DNA of 64,000 nt from Blastocladiella emersonii ATCC 22665. Its lineage: Eukaryota; Fungi; Blastocladiomycota. Shown one piece after another: positions 23,189 through 38,395 of the stretch. The stretch is from NCBI GenBank assembly GCA_025594325.1, contig JANHCV010000003.1:1426001-1490000 (forward strand), written 5' to 3'. A program made the position numbers and the translations under genes. Numbering within the stretch: position 1 is the first letter of the stretch; the number at the start of each line of letters is the position of its first letter. The notes beneath the pieces are model-generated. The model saw only the letters and a list, made by a program, of their open reading frames with translations. It searched no databases and was not told where the DNA came from.

Positions 23189-25754
23189 TCACAACGCGGG
23201 CTTGGCGCGAGTCTTAACGCGCACAACCCACTTGTTGTCGACGATCGTAGACCGTGGAAATCCGGCTTCAGAGCTCGTGGGATGAACAGGAGCGGGAATT
23301 GTCCGAGCTCGCCGCGTGGACTTAAGCTTTTTGGCACAAGCGGAGGCGACTTGGTCAGCGACTGCTCCAAAGAAGCTTTCCAACCGCTTGGGCGACATAG
23401 GTTTGCGGCGAGCAAGCTTTTTGGGCTTCGGTTCCGCATGTTGAGGCTCCATTCGATGACGTGCGCGTTCGAGCAGGCAACGCTGCCGGTCCGCTGCAGC
23501 GGGATCAAGTTGGGCAAGCTCCTTGTGGAGCGCCAGAAAGCGTGCGTCAGCAAGCACCCAAAGAAGCGCTGGCCTGGTTCTGGACATGTTCAAGACGGTA
23601 TTCACGAGTTTCTTGTCTACTGGGACTCCAGACTGCACTCGATTGTTGGTCAAGCATTCAAGTGCGAATTCGCCGTCCTCCAGACGAATCGCTGCTTCAG
23701 CAATGGACGTCCAGACGTTTGTCGAGGTGATCCGATTCACATTGGCTCGCGACGGGCCGCCTCGTCCGATCAAAGTCACAAGCTCGCGAAGTAAATCGCC
23801 GCGACCAGCGAATCCAAGCGTATTGGCCGTGACAGAGAGGAGCTGAGGCGTCCACTTGAGAGGTCTATGGGGTGCGCTGCCCGGTAAGAATGGCACGTAA
23901 TTCCATCGGAGCTCAACAGCTGCGGAAGCGTCGCCCAGGACCCAGCGGCGAATGAAGTTTACAACCGGATCAAGGCTGAGACCTGCGGAGGAAAACGAGT
24001 GTGAAAGCAATGCAATCAGCCCCCTTGTGTAAACGGTAGTGTCTGGAGCAACGATAGAAATGAGTCCAAGCTCGTGTACAACTGTTTGGTGGACCTTTGC
24101 AACGAATTCAATGCACGATGGGTCGCCCCGTTGAAAGTGTTTGTGTGCGACAGCGACAATGGTGGCCCACTGACCCAGCTCCACAACAGTTGGGCCAAGC
24201 TTGCGCGTGATTGCAAGGGCTTAAGCGTAAGCCATTTCGAGATTGCAGCCACTTCCATCAACGCAAGCAAGAAGTGGCTCGACGTCGCGCGCAAACATGG
24301 ACATGCCCGCCAAGTTGGCGTGTGTTGGCGAAACTGAACCATTGTCAAACTTGCCATGAAGACTGTGCGCTTCGAGCGCGATTTGAATCTCGGCGCTTGC
24401 GACACGATGGCCGCACTTAGCAGCAATCCGCTGGAGCATGACCGACGTGATATTGCTTGGTTTCGTGCCGCGGTCAGTCATTTCGTGGAAATGGGCCATA
24501 GCGCGATCCAACGGTTCAAGGTTAGTTGAAGCAGCGTCACGCGCAGTCAAATGGATCAACGTGTCAAAGTACGAGGACCGCCCAAGAGCGTTGTGATCTT
24601 GCTCAACGAGTGAGCGGTGGCATGAGAGAATTTCTTGATAGCCGCCTCGCGCGGCATGAACGTGAAGCATAAGCTTGGCATAGCCGACCGAGTCACGCAC
24701 GTTTGCGTCGGAATAACGATCGAAAAAGTGGAGAGCGCGCTCTTGCGGGCAACCAACTTGAAGTAGTGCATGAATTGTCTTGCGAACACTCGAGTTTGAC
24801 GGCTCAATGCCAAGAGAGCGAGCGTGCGACAGCGTCGCTTCAGCTTGGTCGAGATACTGCTCATGTAACAGGTTAGCGACAAGTGTGTTGACGACCTCGG
24901 GGTCAATAGGAGGTCTAGGGGACTGCTCCGCGTCACTGGTTTCGGAAATCAACGTCAGAAGGTCAAAAGCGGCTCGCGGGCCTTCTTTAAAAAGCGCAGA
25001 GTGGATCAAAGCGTTGTTGAGGTCGCGTGACGCGAAGCGATGCGGGATGAGTTCGCGTGAAACTGCTTCGTCAAAAATGGCTTCGATTGCTTCGCGACCG
25101 CGGTCGTTGCGAGCGTACGCGCCTGCAAGCGCACGGAGGAATGCAAGGGATCGGATTCGAACGGCTTGCGCAAGGTCGTCAACATCAGCAAATCGTTTTG
25201 CACCAGAGCAGAGGAGTATGGCTGAAGCAACCGCTTCGGGCGTGCCATTGAGAGTAACAGCCTTGACGAGCACCCCGAAGTTGCTCGTTGGCGCCGAAGT
25301 GATGCGCCGGATGCAGGGGATTCGGCGCATCCCAGCAAGGAGTGCGGCGAGTGCCTGGCCCCACTCGGCCGGCGAATTCGAAGTACGCTGTGGGACGCAG
25401 GAGAGCGACCGGAACCAGGCTTGGAGCTGCTTACCACTTCGAGGAGAAGAGTCAACCTGATCCCAAGGGACTTCGTTGAGAGCAGCAAGAAAGCCAGCCG
25501 GATCTCCCGAGTGAACAAACGACTCGGCGCGCTGAATGCTTGTAGAGGGATGCGTCGATGAGGCGCGCATGTACATGGCTGCGATATCGGGAAACCGGAT
25601 TGAGCCAAGCGCAACGGAGGGATTGCGAGCCGAAGGCCCAAGCCAACTGTCGCGAGTGTGACGCCAGGCGAGCGCTCAAGGAGATAGGAGCAAGAGCTCG
25701 GCGACCAGGCGCAGTTGCGCCAAGTCCCGGCCGGAAATGCATGAGCCTATACAT
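23189..25754 (-). pseudogene. PPR-like helical-repeat protein with a mitochondrial-type presequence, interrupted by an in-frame TAA (24221-24223); pseudogene or unusual splicing
   Basis: R-rich N-terminus MYRLMHFRPGLG... (ATG 25754). PPR-like units (EVVNTLVANLLHEQYLDQAEATLSHARSLGIEPS; AMAHFHEMTDRGTKPS; DKKLVNTVLN). ORFs 24221-25576 and 23189-24184 are in the same frame, separated by a single TAA. Confidence 0.6.
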
Positions 25755-26066
25755 TGCGGACGAGGTCTTTTGAGAGCGGGGACCTCGAGCGCGCCGTGGT
25801 TGAGCGAACGGCGGTCTCCTGAGAGGCACACGTGTAGAAACCGTCAGTCGCGTCACCACGCGTCGCGCCGTTTGTCTCGCACCTTCCTTCGGCGCGTTAT
25901 CTTGCCTCCCTGTTCGCGAACCGGAACACCTCGTCTGCTTGTTACACGCGCTTTTGCTCGGCAAGGATCGCCTTGGCGCGGAGCGCGGCAATGGTCACAC
26001 AGTGAACCCCTGCTCCTTCCCTTCTCTCCCCGCTGCATCCTGAAAACTAAAGCATAGACACTCATC

Positions 26067-27249
26067 ATGGAACATCAAGACGTAACGAGCAAGGAGCGCG
26101 GCGCCGAGGTCGACGTGCCGCTCCTCCCAGCGCCCGTCCAGCACCCCTCGGGCGGCGGCAGCTTGGCGTGCTGCAACAGCAAGGATACGGGCCACGATGC
26201 CGTTGATTCGTCGTCTACGGTCGCCATGTCGGTCGGCTTCTACATGGTCTCGGCCATCACCATGGTACGCCGCCTGCTCGACTCTGATTACAAAACTCGC
26301 GCTAACCCTCGCCCTACGACAGGTCCTGGCCAATAAGTCGGTCCTCAACGCGGTCCCGGACCTCCCGCTCGTCTTTCTGCTGGGCCAGCTGATCATGGCC
26401 GTGGTGATGCTGCGCGGCGCGTCGGTCGCGCGGTTCATCACGCTGCCGGCGCTCACGGCGGCGTCGTGCCGCGAGGTCATGTCCGTGTCGGTGCTCAACG
26501 TCGTGACGCTGGCGCTCAACACGTACTGCCTTCGCGCCGTCGACGCGTCGCTGTTCCAAGTCGCGCGCGGGCTCGTAATCCCATTCACGGTGGCGCTGAC
26601 GGCGGCGAACCTGCACGGCGGCGCGCCGACGCGCATCTCGCCCGCGGTCCTGGTATGCTGCCTTCTGATCTGCCTCGGGTTCACGACGGGCATGCTGTTC
26701 GACGCGGCGTCGCCGAGCTACACGGGCGCGTCGCTCGCGCGCGACATGACGCTTGGCGCGCTGGCGTCGGCGGCGTGCGCGGTGCACGCCGTGGCTATCA
26801 AACGCGTCCAGGCGCGCGTCGCGCGCACGCTCGATCTCGCGTACCTCAGCAACGCGGTGTCGGCGGTGCTCCTGGTCCCCGTGATCGCGTGCACGGGCGA
26901 GCTCGGCGCGCTCGCGGGCGCGTCGGCCGAGACCGTGTGGCGGCCGCTCGCACACGGGATCCTCGTCACGGGCGTGCTCGGGTTCCTGATCAACGTCGCC
27001 GGCCTGCTCCAGATCAAGGTCACGTCGCCGCTCAGCCACATGGTCAGCAGCGCCGCCCGCGGCGTGCTCCAGACGGGCGCGGCCGCGCTGGTCCTCCGCG
27101 AGGTCGTGGGCCCTGCGCGTATGGCCGGGATCGCGCTTATCTCGGCTGGGTCCATGGGATACGTCTGGGCCAAGAGCCGCGAGGCGGCGGCCGGGCGCGG
27201 CGCGGGCGTCAGCACCGCCGGCGCCAAGGGCGGCAAGACCAAGGCGTGA
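26067..27249 (+). CDS. Nucleotide-sugar transporter (GDP-fucose transporter/TPT-like, DMT superfamily); intron 26265-26322
   Basis: Spliced FYMVSAITM|VLANKSVLN, FQVARGLVIPFTV, LQIKVTSPLSHMVSSAARGVLQT and about 10 hydrophobic segments. Confidence 0.85.
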
Positions 27250-28007
27250 GAGAGACACTTTTTGTTCGATTGCGAGACTCCTGATTCACTTCAATACCCA
27301 AACTTGATGTCCACCGTGTCCTCGCAAGCAGTGACCATGGCCATGAGCCACGGCTGAGCATATACTCACCTAACTCGTCAAACCGTTATAAGGTCTCGCT
27401 CCACGGCCGCGGTCATGCTGCCATCCCCGTCCTCGCGAACGGGTCCGCGCGGTGCGAGAAGCTGCGCGCTGACGGGCGCTGCTAGGCCAAATATTTCAGT
27501 TCTACGCTCCCGCCCATCACCGAGCTATGGACGCCGGCCGCACGCTTCTCCGTCGACCTACGCACGACCTACGCCTCACAGCGCCGCAGAAGTTCATGGC
27601 CATGGCCATGACCAAGGCGATTGACCTGGCCGCGGGCGCGGCCGTCGTGTTTGACCAGTTCGACCAGGCCATGGACGTCGTACTCGCGCACAACGGCCAG
27701 GTTGCAGCCAAGGGCAGCGGCAGCGGCGGGTCGGTGATCAAGTTGATTGGCGTGATGCGCGAGGAAACAACTCTCTGCGAGGACGACGCTCCACCGCGAG
27801 TTCCACACACATCTAGACAGCGGGTTCGATGCACACAGACGAGAGAGAGCGAGAGCTTTACGATAAGGTTCTTATAATTAGGTTTGAGCAATCGACGGGA
27901 GGAGTGCGTGAGTGCAGAGTTAGAGCAAAACGTGGGGGAGAGGGAGGGGGAACAACAGCAAACAATACTACTCGGGTCCCACCAACATCGAGCACACCCG
28001 CGCGCGC

Positions 28008-31326
<3,319 letters not shown>

Positions 31327-31778
31327 GGTCCTGTTGTGTTGAGAGAGGCGGTGAGCGCGCGGTTGGGGCGGGGCCGATCCATGGGTTTGAGTGCATACCA
31401 AGAGTGTGCGACACGCTCAGTTGTGGAGGAGAGGGGCGGACTGTGCGAGTGCGGGTCAGGGATTCGGTGCGGGAGGGGGAGGGAGAGAGAAGGGCGGGAC
31501 GGGCAGCGGGCGGGCAGGCAGGGCGAGGCACGGCGTGTGCCACACACGTTCGCCGCGCTTCGGCACGCGCGCCCAAGGCGCCCAACCGTGGAAGGTGGGG
31601 ACACGCGCGACCGCGCCTCACGCACGTGCGCGCGGCGTGCCGGTTTTCGCCACGTCGACCGCGCGCTGATTGGCCGGTGCTCGGGAGACGGCCGCACGCG
31701 GGTTTGAGCGACGCGTTCTCCCGCGCCAACATCACCGCCCACCATCATCGTCATTTGGGCACATCGTAACCCGCTGCA

Positions 31779-32956
31779 ATGGAATCCTACGCGTGGTCGG
31801 CCGCCGTCGCCGCCGTCCCCATCGCCCTCGTGTGGCTATGGTCGCGCAGCGTTTCGGGGACCGCCGCCCAGTCGTCGTCGTCGTCGCGTAAGGCGCCCGG
31901 CGCGTTCGACGCCGCGGCTTCTTCGCCCACGTCGGCACCGGCAGCTACGCCGAGCAAGAAGAAGAAGAAGGGCAAGGGCGGCAACAAGGCCGCGACCGGC
32001 ACGCTGACGTCCGACGTGCTCGCGCCGAAACCCGTCGTTCCCGCACCTGCACCGGCACCGGCACCCGCCCAGTCGAAGAAGGGCAAGAAGAAGGGCGGCA
32101 AGAACAAGCCCGCCGCCGCTTCCGCGCCCGCTAAGCCCGAGCCGTCCGCTCACGACGAGTCGCCCGACTCGCCCGCCCGCTCGCGCTCCCAGTCTCGGTC
32201 CCGTTCCCGCTCGCGCTCCCGCAGCGACACCAACAACAACAGCGACGAGGACGACGGGTGGAACCACATTCACGCGCCCGTGACGTCGACGGGCCGCCGC
32301 AAGCACGCGCGCCGCGTGCTGCCGCCGTCCGAGCGCGAGTTCTGGGGCGCCCTCGCCAACTCGCAGGCACCCGTGCGCGGGGCACGGGTCCCGACGCCCA
32401 GCAAGAACGGGCCCGTCGATTTCTCGACGCTCGCCGACGCCGGGCTCGTCGAGAGCACCCCGCCGTCGTCCGATAACGAGGGTGAGGAGACCGAGGCGGT
32501 GCCGGCGAAACCCGCCGTCCGCGTGCTCACCATCAAGGGTACCGCGCCGCCGCCCCGCCCGCCGCCGCCGCCGCGCGTGCGTGCTTCCGGTCCGTCCTCC
32601 CTCGCCCCTCCCCTGTTCCTCACTAACTCCTCCCCACGCCTGTAGACCTCGCCCCGACCAAGAAACAGCGCGAGCGCGCGCGCCAGAAAGAGTACGAGCG
32701 CGCGGCCAAGGAAGAGGAGCGCAAGGCGCGCGACCGCCGCCTGTTCCAGTACCGCATGGAGCAGATGCGCGCCGCCGACGAGGCCGCCAAGGACAAGAAG
32801 CGCGGCGGCGGGCCGCGGTCCGTGCCCGCGGGCGCCAAGGGCGCGCCCGTCAACGCCAGCGTGTGGCGCACCGGGTCCGGGTCCGTGATCACGCCCGCCG
32901 AGGCCGACGAGGTCGTGGTCAAGGACGATATTGCGAGCGAGTTCTTGTGGTCGTGA
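31779..32956 (+). CDS. N-terminally membrane-anchored, K/S/P-rich protein of unknown function; intron ~32590-32645
   Basis: Hydrophobic N-terminus (WSAAVAAVPIALVWLW) and poly-K tracts. Exon 2 LAPTKKQRERARQKEYERAAKEEERKARDRRLFQYRMEQMR... ends at TGA 32954-32956. Confidence 0.7.
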
Positions 32957-33052
32957 TGTGAGGTGAATGGAGCATGCAGTTCTGTATTCTTGGGCACCGG
33001 ACGAGAGAAGAGCGAGGGGAGAAAAGATGGGGAATCAATCAGGACAAACAAC

Positions 33053-34477
33053 TTACTTGGCGAGGTGCGCCGTGGCCAGCTGCGCCTCGAGCTGCTTGAT
33101 GCGCAGGTCGCGCTGGACCAGGTCGTTCTTGAGCTGCTCGTTCTCAGCGGCCAGCGCCTTGTACGCTGCCGCGAGCTCGCCCGCCTCCTTGGGCAGGTCG
33201 GTTGCCGACGCGCCCGAGCCAGGGAGCGATGCGGCGGCCTCGTTGGCGGCCGACGACGCGGTGAACTCCTTCTTGGCCTGGACCTTGAACCCGTGCTCCA
33301 TGGACACGAGCTTGGGCGCGGGCAGCGGGGTGGCGGGGTCCGAGTCAAAGAAGCCCGCGGCGGTGACGGTGGGCTCGTCTCCGGGGGCGTCGGGGAAGAT
33401 GTCGGCCTGGAACGTGTCGGCCTTGCGGGGGACGACGAACGAGATGGGCTCGACGAGGTTGGTGTGGACCTTGAAGGCGCGGGCAATCTCGTTGGACGTG
33501 ACGTTGCAGGCGCGCTTGGGCAGGAACCCGATGCCGCGCTGCGGCTCCGACGACTTGAAGTCGGCGAGCGGGTACAGCTCGTCGTTGGCGTCGTCGTACT
33601 CGTAGTAGGCAATGTTGCCGTCACCCTTGCCGGCGAGGAACAGCACCTGGGTCTCCTTGTCGTAGAAGGGCATGAGGATGCCCGACGACGAGTCGAGGTC
33701 CATGGCCTTGACGGGGGTCTTGAAGTTGCGCATGTCCCACACGTTGATCTGGCGGTCCGAGGTGCGCGAGAAGCCCGTGGTCACGAGCTTGTCGAGGTCG
33801 CCGAGCCACACGGCGCGGCTGCCCTTGATCCCCTGGTGGCCGGCCGTCTCCTGGGCCACCGTCTTGGCGCGCACGTCAAACACGCGCAGCACCTTGTCCT
33901 TGCACGTCGTGGCGAGGCGGTCGCCCGTCCACGAGTAGGTCATGGACTGGATCAGCTCGCCGTGGCCGGCCAGCTCGATGCGCTCGGTCGCGTGCTCAAT
34001 GTCCCACAGCTTGACGGCGAAGTCGGCGCCCGCCGACGTCAGCACGTTCTCAGCGGTCGGGTGGAACTGCACGTGGCCGACCTTGCGCTGGTGGCCCGAC
34101 AGGGTCACGGTCGGCGTGGTGATGTGCTCCTTGGGCCCGCCCTCGGGGATCTTCCACACCATGACCTTGCAGTCCTCGGCGCCCGACGCGACAATGTGGT
34201 CGTTGAAGGGGTGGAAGTCCGTGTCGAGCACGGTGCCGGCGTGGGCGCTGAACAGCGGCAGGCTGTCGAGCTGCTTGCCCGTCTGTGCGAGCGGGATCAC
34301 GGCAAAGGAACCGCCGCCGACCGTGTTCCAGTTGAGCGAGATGAACTGCGGGTTGACCTTGACCAGGTTCGTGTCCCACGCCGACGACGACACGCGCACG
34401 TTGTCGTAGCAGTTGTCGCGCTTGTTGGGCGTGCCGTACACGTGCCGGTACTTGGACTGGCGGACGAAGCGCGACAT
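33053..34477 (-). CDS. CRN1: Coronin (WD40 actin-binding protein with C-terminal coiled coil)
   Basis: MSRFVRQSKYRHVYG, GGSFAVIPL, WD repeats, LFLAGKGDGNIAYYE, EPISFVVPRKADTFQADIFPD and a terminal coiled coil. Confidence 0.97.
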   Translation of the reverse strand: MSRFVRQSKYRHVYGTPNKRDNCYDNVRVSSSAWDTNLVKVNPQFISLNWNTVGGGSFAVIPLAQTGKQLDSLPLFSAHAGTVLDTDFHPFNDHIVASGAEDCKVMVWKIPEGGPKEHITTPTVTLSGHQRKVGHVQFHPTAENVLTSAGADFAVKLWDIEHATERIELAGHGELIQSMTYSWTGDRLATTCKDKVLRVFDVRAKTVAQETAGHQGIKGSRAVWLGDLDKLVTTGFSRTSDRQINVWDMRNFKTPVKAMDLDSSSGILMPFYDKETQVLFLAGKGDGNIAYYEYDDANDELYPLADFKSSEPQRGIGFLPKRACNVTSNEIARAFKVHTNLVEPISFVVPRKADTFQADIFPDAPGDEPTVTAAGFFDSDPATPLPAPKLVSMEHGFKVQAKKEFTASSAANEAAASLPGSGASATDLPKEAGELAAAYKALAAENEQLKNDLVQRDLRIKQLEAQLATAHLAK

Positions 34478-35097
34478 GGTGGGCGGGTGGATCTACGCGG
34501 GCCGAGGGTGCGTGCGCCGGTTAGCGAGCGAGTCGCGCGCGTCGAGGGGTTGGCTCGGTCCCGCTGCTGCTGCTGTTGCTGCTGCTACGGCGACTCTGGC
34601 CGCCGTTTGCGCGTCACAAAGGGCTCCCCGAAGAGCCACGATCGCGCTGCTCGTTGGTGTAACGTCGGGCGAGCAGGAAACCCCGTGTTGTTGGACCAGC
34701 CCGGCTCGACGAGCTGTAGCAGCGGCGGGGCCAGCCGGATCGGGCGGATCGGATCGTACTCGACGGCGACGAGAGACTCTGCGGGGGACGCGTAGCAAGG
34801 CAACGGCGGCGTGCTACTGGCGTGCAGTGGGTGGGCGGGCGCGGGCGGACGCGCAAAGGATGTTGTTGGGAGAGCGAGCGAGCGAGGGCGGGCGACCGGG
34901 CGGGGCAGGGGAGGCGCCGGCCGACCAACAGGCAGCCGGGAAAGCGAAAAAGTCGGCACACGCGTTCGGGCGGCGGCGGTGGGCGGCGCCGCAAAAATGA
35001 GCGGTCACGCGGCGATGAACGCGCGGTTTCACTTGGTTTTCGCTCGCTCGCGTCGCGACGGGAGGGGGGACACGCAGGATGGATATATTGTACTAAA

Positions 35098-36972
35098 TCA
35101 CGTCCACTCGTTGACGTGCTGGAACACCTGGTACCGGTGCTCGAGCCCGGGATCTAGTACCGGCGCCGGCACCGACCCATCCCCGAGCGGCTGCGGCTGG
35201 ACGCCCGGCGCCGCGAGGAACGGGAGGTGCTCGTGCTCCTCAGCCGCGGACAGGTCGACAACCGACAACTCAGTCGACGCGAGGTTAGCTGGGTGGAGCG
35301 CCGCCGCGTGCCGCTGCCGCTGCTCCTCGGCCTCGGCCATGGCGAGCACGTCGCGCGGCACCATGTCGCGCAGCTGCACCGCCGCCACGCCCTGCAGGAG
35401 CAGCGACTCGAGCACAATGTCGAGCTCGTCGAGCATCCGCCGTGGGCGCCGCATCGTGTCCTCGTGCCGCGCCCGCCGCGCCTGCGCGACTTGCCGCACG
35501 CGGTACTGGTCCGCGTCCTCGTCGTCATCGCCTTCGTCCATGTCGTCGCCCTGCGCGTCGGCGGGGTCAACGGGGGCGTCGAGGGGGCGGCTCGCGGGTT
35601 CGCCGGGAACGGGTTCGAGCGGGAGCACGTCGTCTATCTCGGAATCGGCGCCGAGCACTTGCGCGTCGTCCTCGTCTTCTTCGTCGAGCTCCATCATCTC
35701 CTCCTCGTCGTCCTCGTCAACAGCGGGTGCAGGGACGGGCGTGGCTGGGCCGTACGCGCTGCGCCGCTGCGGCTGCGGAGCCGGCGGCCGCGCGCGCGGC
35801 GGGAGCGGGGGCAGCGCGACGCCGACCTTGTTGAGCCGCGCCATCGCCGCGCGCACGCGCGCCTCCATGCTACGCCGCTCGCGCTCCGCGCGGTGGAACG
35901 GTGCCGGCGCGTTCGACGGTCCCTGCACACCCGCCTCGGTCGTTTCGCCGGGGAACGCAATGACGCCGACCTCGAGCAGGTCGCAGATCTGCCCGATAAA
36001 GTGCACCAGGTTGTTGCGCGTGATATCCTCGGCCCACGGTAGCGGCGCCGCGACGCGCAGGATCAGGTTGACCAAGTCGCGGTACCGGAACTGCGTCGTC
36101 GACGCAATCGACTCGCCGAGCAGCGGGCCCCACAGCGCCGCGGGACACTTGCGGTGCTCCACCGCCTCGCGCGCCAGGCACGCGACCGCGACCGCCGACG
36201 GGGACATGTGTTTCCCCGTCAGCGCTGGCTCGCCGAGCCGTAGCAGGATCACGGCGCGCGCGCGGACTGCCGGGGCGAGTGCGGCGGGGAGCGGCGCGTA
36301 CGCGTCCAGCGCGTACGGCGACCCGACGGCGCCCGCCTCGCGCGCCGCGCGCATCAGGTCGGCCCGGTCGACGGCGTGCCCGGGCTCGCCGATCACGACC
36401 ATGGCGTCGATCACCCGCACCACGGCGAGCGCGAGGTCGTCGCCCGCGTACTCGAGCCCGAGCGAGTGCCGCACCGAGTGCACGTACGTCCCGAGCAGGA
36501 ACCGGTCGACGCGCAGGACGGCGGCGGCGCGGGACAGCGGGATCGCCGCGGCGTGCCGCGTGACGAGGATCGCGACGGCAGCGCCGACGAGCCGCGCGGG
36601 GAGACCCCACCGGAACGTCCCCGTGCGGTATAGCTCGGCGGCCGAGTCGCGGATACTCGGCCAGTACGCCTCGAGCCCGAGCAAGAGCACGGTCCCGCGC
36701 AGCTCGCGCATCGCGCGCTGGCGTTGCCGCTCGTGGTAGTCGTCGGTGCCTCGCCCCGGGCGCGACGGCGGGCCGGGCCCCATGCGCACGGTGCCTGCAA
36801 AGCCGGCGACGAAGATGCCCTGGTCGGCCTCGGTTGTCACCATGCTCTCGTCAAGCACAGCACCGCACTGCGTGCACACGACCTGCGCGTCGGCTTCCTC
36901 CAGGTCGGACGCCGGCGCGCCGCACGACGGGCACCCTGGAGCTCGTGATGATGCATGGTGTGACGAATTCAT
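35098..36972 (-). CDS. TFIIB-family (Brf-like) transcription factor: Zn ribbon + cyclin-like repeats + acidic C-terminus
   Basis: CPSCG...VVCTQCGAVLDE zinc ribbon. Helical repeats LVGAAVAILVTRHAAAIPLSRAA..LRVDRFLLG and GKHMSPSAVAVACL. D/E-rich tail. Confidence 0.75.
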   Translation of the reverse strand: MNSSHHASSRAPGCPSCGAPASDLEEADAQVVCTQCGAVLDESMVTTEADQGIFVAGFAGTVRMGPGPPSRPGRGTDDYHERQRQRAMRELRGTVLLLGLEAYWPSIRDSAAELYRTGTFRWGLPARLVGAAVAILVTRHAAAIPLSRAAAVLRVDRFLLGTYVHSVRHSLGLEYAGDDLALAVVRVIDAMVVIGEPGHAVDRADLMRAAREAGAVGSPYALDAYAPLPAALAPAVRARAVILLRLGEPALTGKHMSPSAVAVACLAREAVEHRKCPAALWGPLLGESIASTTQFRYRDLVNLILRVAAPLPWAEDITRNNLVHFIGQICDLLEVGVIAFPGETTEAGVQGPSNAPAPFHRAERERRSMEARVRAAMARLNKVGVALPPLPPRARPPAPQPQRRSAYGPATPVPAPAVDEDDEEEMMELDEEDEDDAQVLGADSEIDDVLPLEPVPGEPASRPLDAPVDPADAQGDDMDEGDDDEDADQYRVRQVAQARRARHEDTMRRPRRMLDELDIVLESLLLQGVAAVQLRDMVPRDVLAMAEAEEQRQRHAAALHPANLASTELSVVDLSAAEEHEHLPFLAAPGVQPQPLGDGSVPAPVLDPGLEHRYQVFQHVNEWT

Positions 36973-37139
36973 GGGTTGGAAGTTGGTCAGCGAGCAGAGG
37001 AGGTGAGAAGGGCGGCGACGAGTCGAGGCCGTTCCGCGCGCTTCTGCGGCCTTCGCCGACCTTCACCGCCCCGTTCACTTCACATCCATGGCCATCCACG
37101 GCCACCGCGTCATCAGAAGCCGTCGCCATGGCCGAGATC

Positions 37140-37145
37140 TATAAA
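37140..37145 (+). promoter_or_regulatory. Putative TATA box of the PB1 gene
   Basis: TATAAA about 96 bp upstream of ATG 37241. Confidence 0.5.
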
Positions 37146-37240
37146 GCGAGGCGGTCCCCCGACCTACCTCGACTGGATCAGAGCTCATCACAGCAACGCA
37201 GCGACTGACGACCATCACACCGGCCAACAGTACCACCACC

Positions 37241-38395
37241 ATGGCCCCGACCATCCCCTACTCGCCGAGCACTTACGTCGTCAAGCTGCGCGCGCACGGC
37301 ACCCTGCGCCGCGTCCGTGTGCCGCACACCGTCGACTGGCCCACGTTCCTCGCCACGGTCCACCGCTTGTTCCCGCACACGCGCGCCTCGACCAGCTCCC
37401 TCGAGATCACGTACACGGACGAGGACGGCGACGTCATCTCGCTGTCGACCACGGACGAGCTCCGCGAGGCCTTGCAAACGGCCGAGCAGCTGGGTCGCGC
37501 GCCGCTGGTCTTCAGCGTCGTGGGCGACGACATGAGCGACTCGGACGCGGCCTCGATTGCCAGCTGGCGCGCGCGCGTCGTCTCGGGCCCGTTGCTCGAG
37601 GAGGTCGAGGTGCCGCCGTCGCCCGTGTCCACGACCTCGTCCTCGTCTTCGTCAAGTTTGGAGCCGCGCTCGCCCGTCTCGGCCAACGCCACGGACTCGG
37701 ACGTCGAGTCGGTCGCCATTGACGCCAACGCCTATGAGCAGATGAGCCTGCCCGGCAGTGAGGCCGACGACTACGACTCCGTCTCGGACTTGGACGCTTC
37801 GAGCAGCGACGACAACGACGAATCTGCTGACGAGGACGCCTCGCCCAAGGAGAACCTCGCCGCGCGTCAAGCACCCGCTACCAAGACGCGCAAGTTCTCG
37901 TCGCAGCCCGACTCGCCGACCATGAACGCCTTCGGCATGCTCAGCGCCCTCTTCGGCAGCCCCGACTCGCCCCGCCCGTGCACCTCCCGTGCCGACCGCG
38001 ATCGCCCTCATCATCCCGCAACCACCGCTCAGCGTCAGCACGCTGCCGCCGTGACCGCCGCGCGCGAGCGGGAAGAGATGGAGCGCCGCCGCCGCTGTCG
38101 CCAGCGCGCCATGGAGCTCGCGGCCGCGCAAGAGCGCGAACGCCAGTACGCCGAGTACGTCCGCGAGCTCGAGCGCCAGCGCCGCCGCGAGTTGCAGATC
38201 GAGCGGGAGCGCGAGGAGCGCGAGTACCGCCGTGCCCTGACCGCCGAACGCCAACGTCGCCAGCAGCAGGAGGCCACCGCTATCGAGATGATGATGATGG
38301 ACCCCTTCACGGCCATGTGCCGCGGGAGCAGCCACCGCCGCCAGCGCGCATCGCCAGCTCAGTATATCTCGACGATCCCTGGATGGGCGTGGTAA
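37241..38395 (+). CDS. PB1-domain protein with acidic linker and R/E/Q-rich coiled coil
   Basis: VVKLRAHGTLRRVRV...LEITYTDEDGDVISLSTTDELREAL (basic lysine plus acidic OPCA motif). Confidence 0.85.
   Translation: MAPTIPYSPSTYVVKLRAHGTLRRVRVPHTVDWPTFLATVHRLFPHTRASTSSLEITYTDEDGDVISLSTTDELREALQTAEQLGRAPLVFSVVGDDMSDSDAASIASWRARVVSGPLLEEVEVPPSPVSTTSSSSSSSLEPRSPVSANATDSDVESVAIDANAYEQMSLPGSEADDYDSVSDLDASSSDDNDESADEDASPKENLAARQAPATKTRKFSSQPDSPTMNAFGMLSALFGSPDSPRPCTSRADRDRPHHPATTAQRQHAAAVTAAREREEMERRRRCRQRAMELAAAQERERQYAEYVRELERQRRRELQIEREREEREYRRALTAERQRRQQQEATAIEMMMMDPFTAMCRGSSHRRQRASPAQYISTIPGWAW

Noticed and set aside
27527-27877. 116-aa ORF containing a ccatggccatg stretch like the 40-46 kb array
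   Set aside because: Similarity is limited to a short low-complexity motif. It may be a dispersed relic but is not supportable as a gene.
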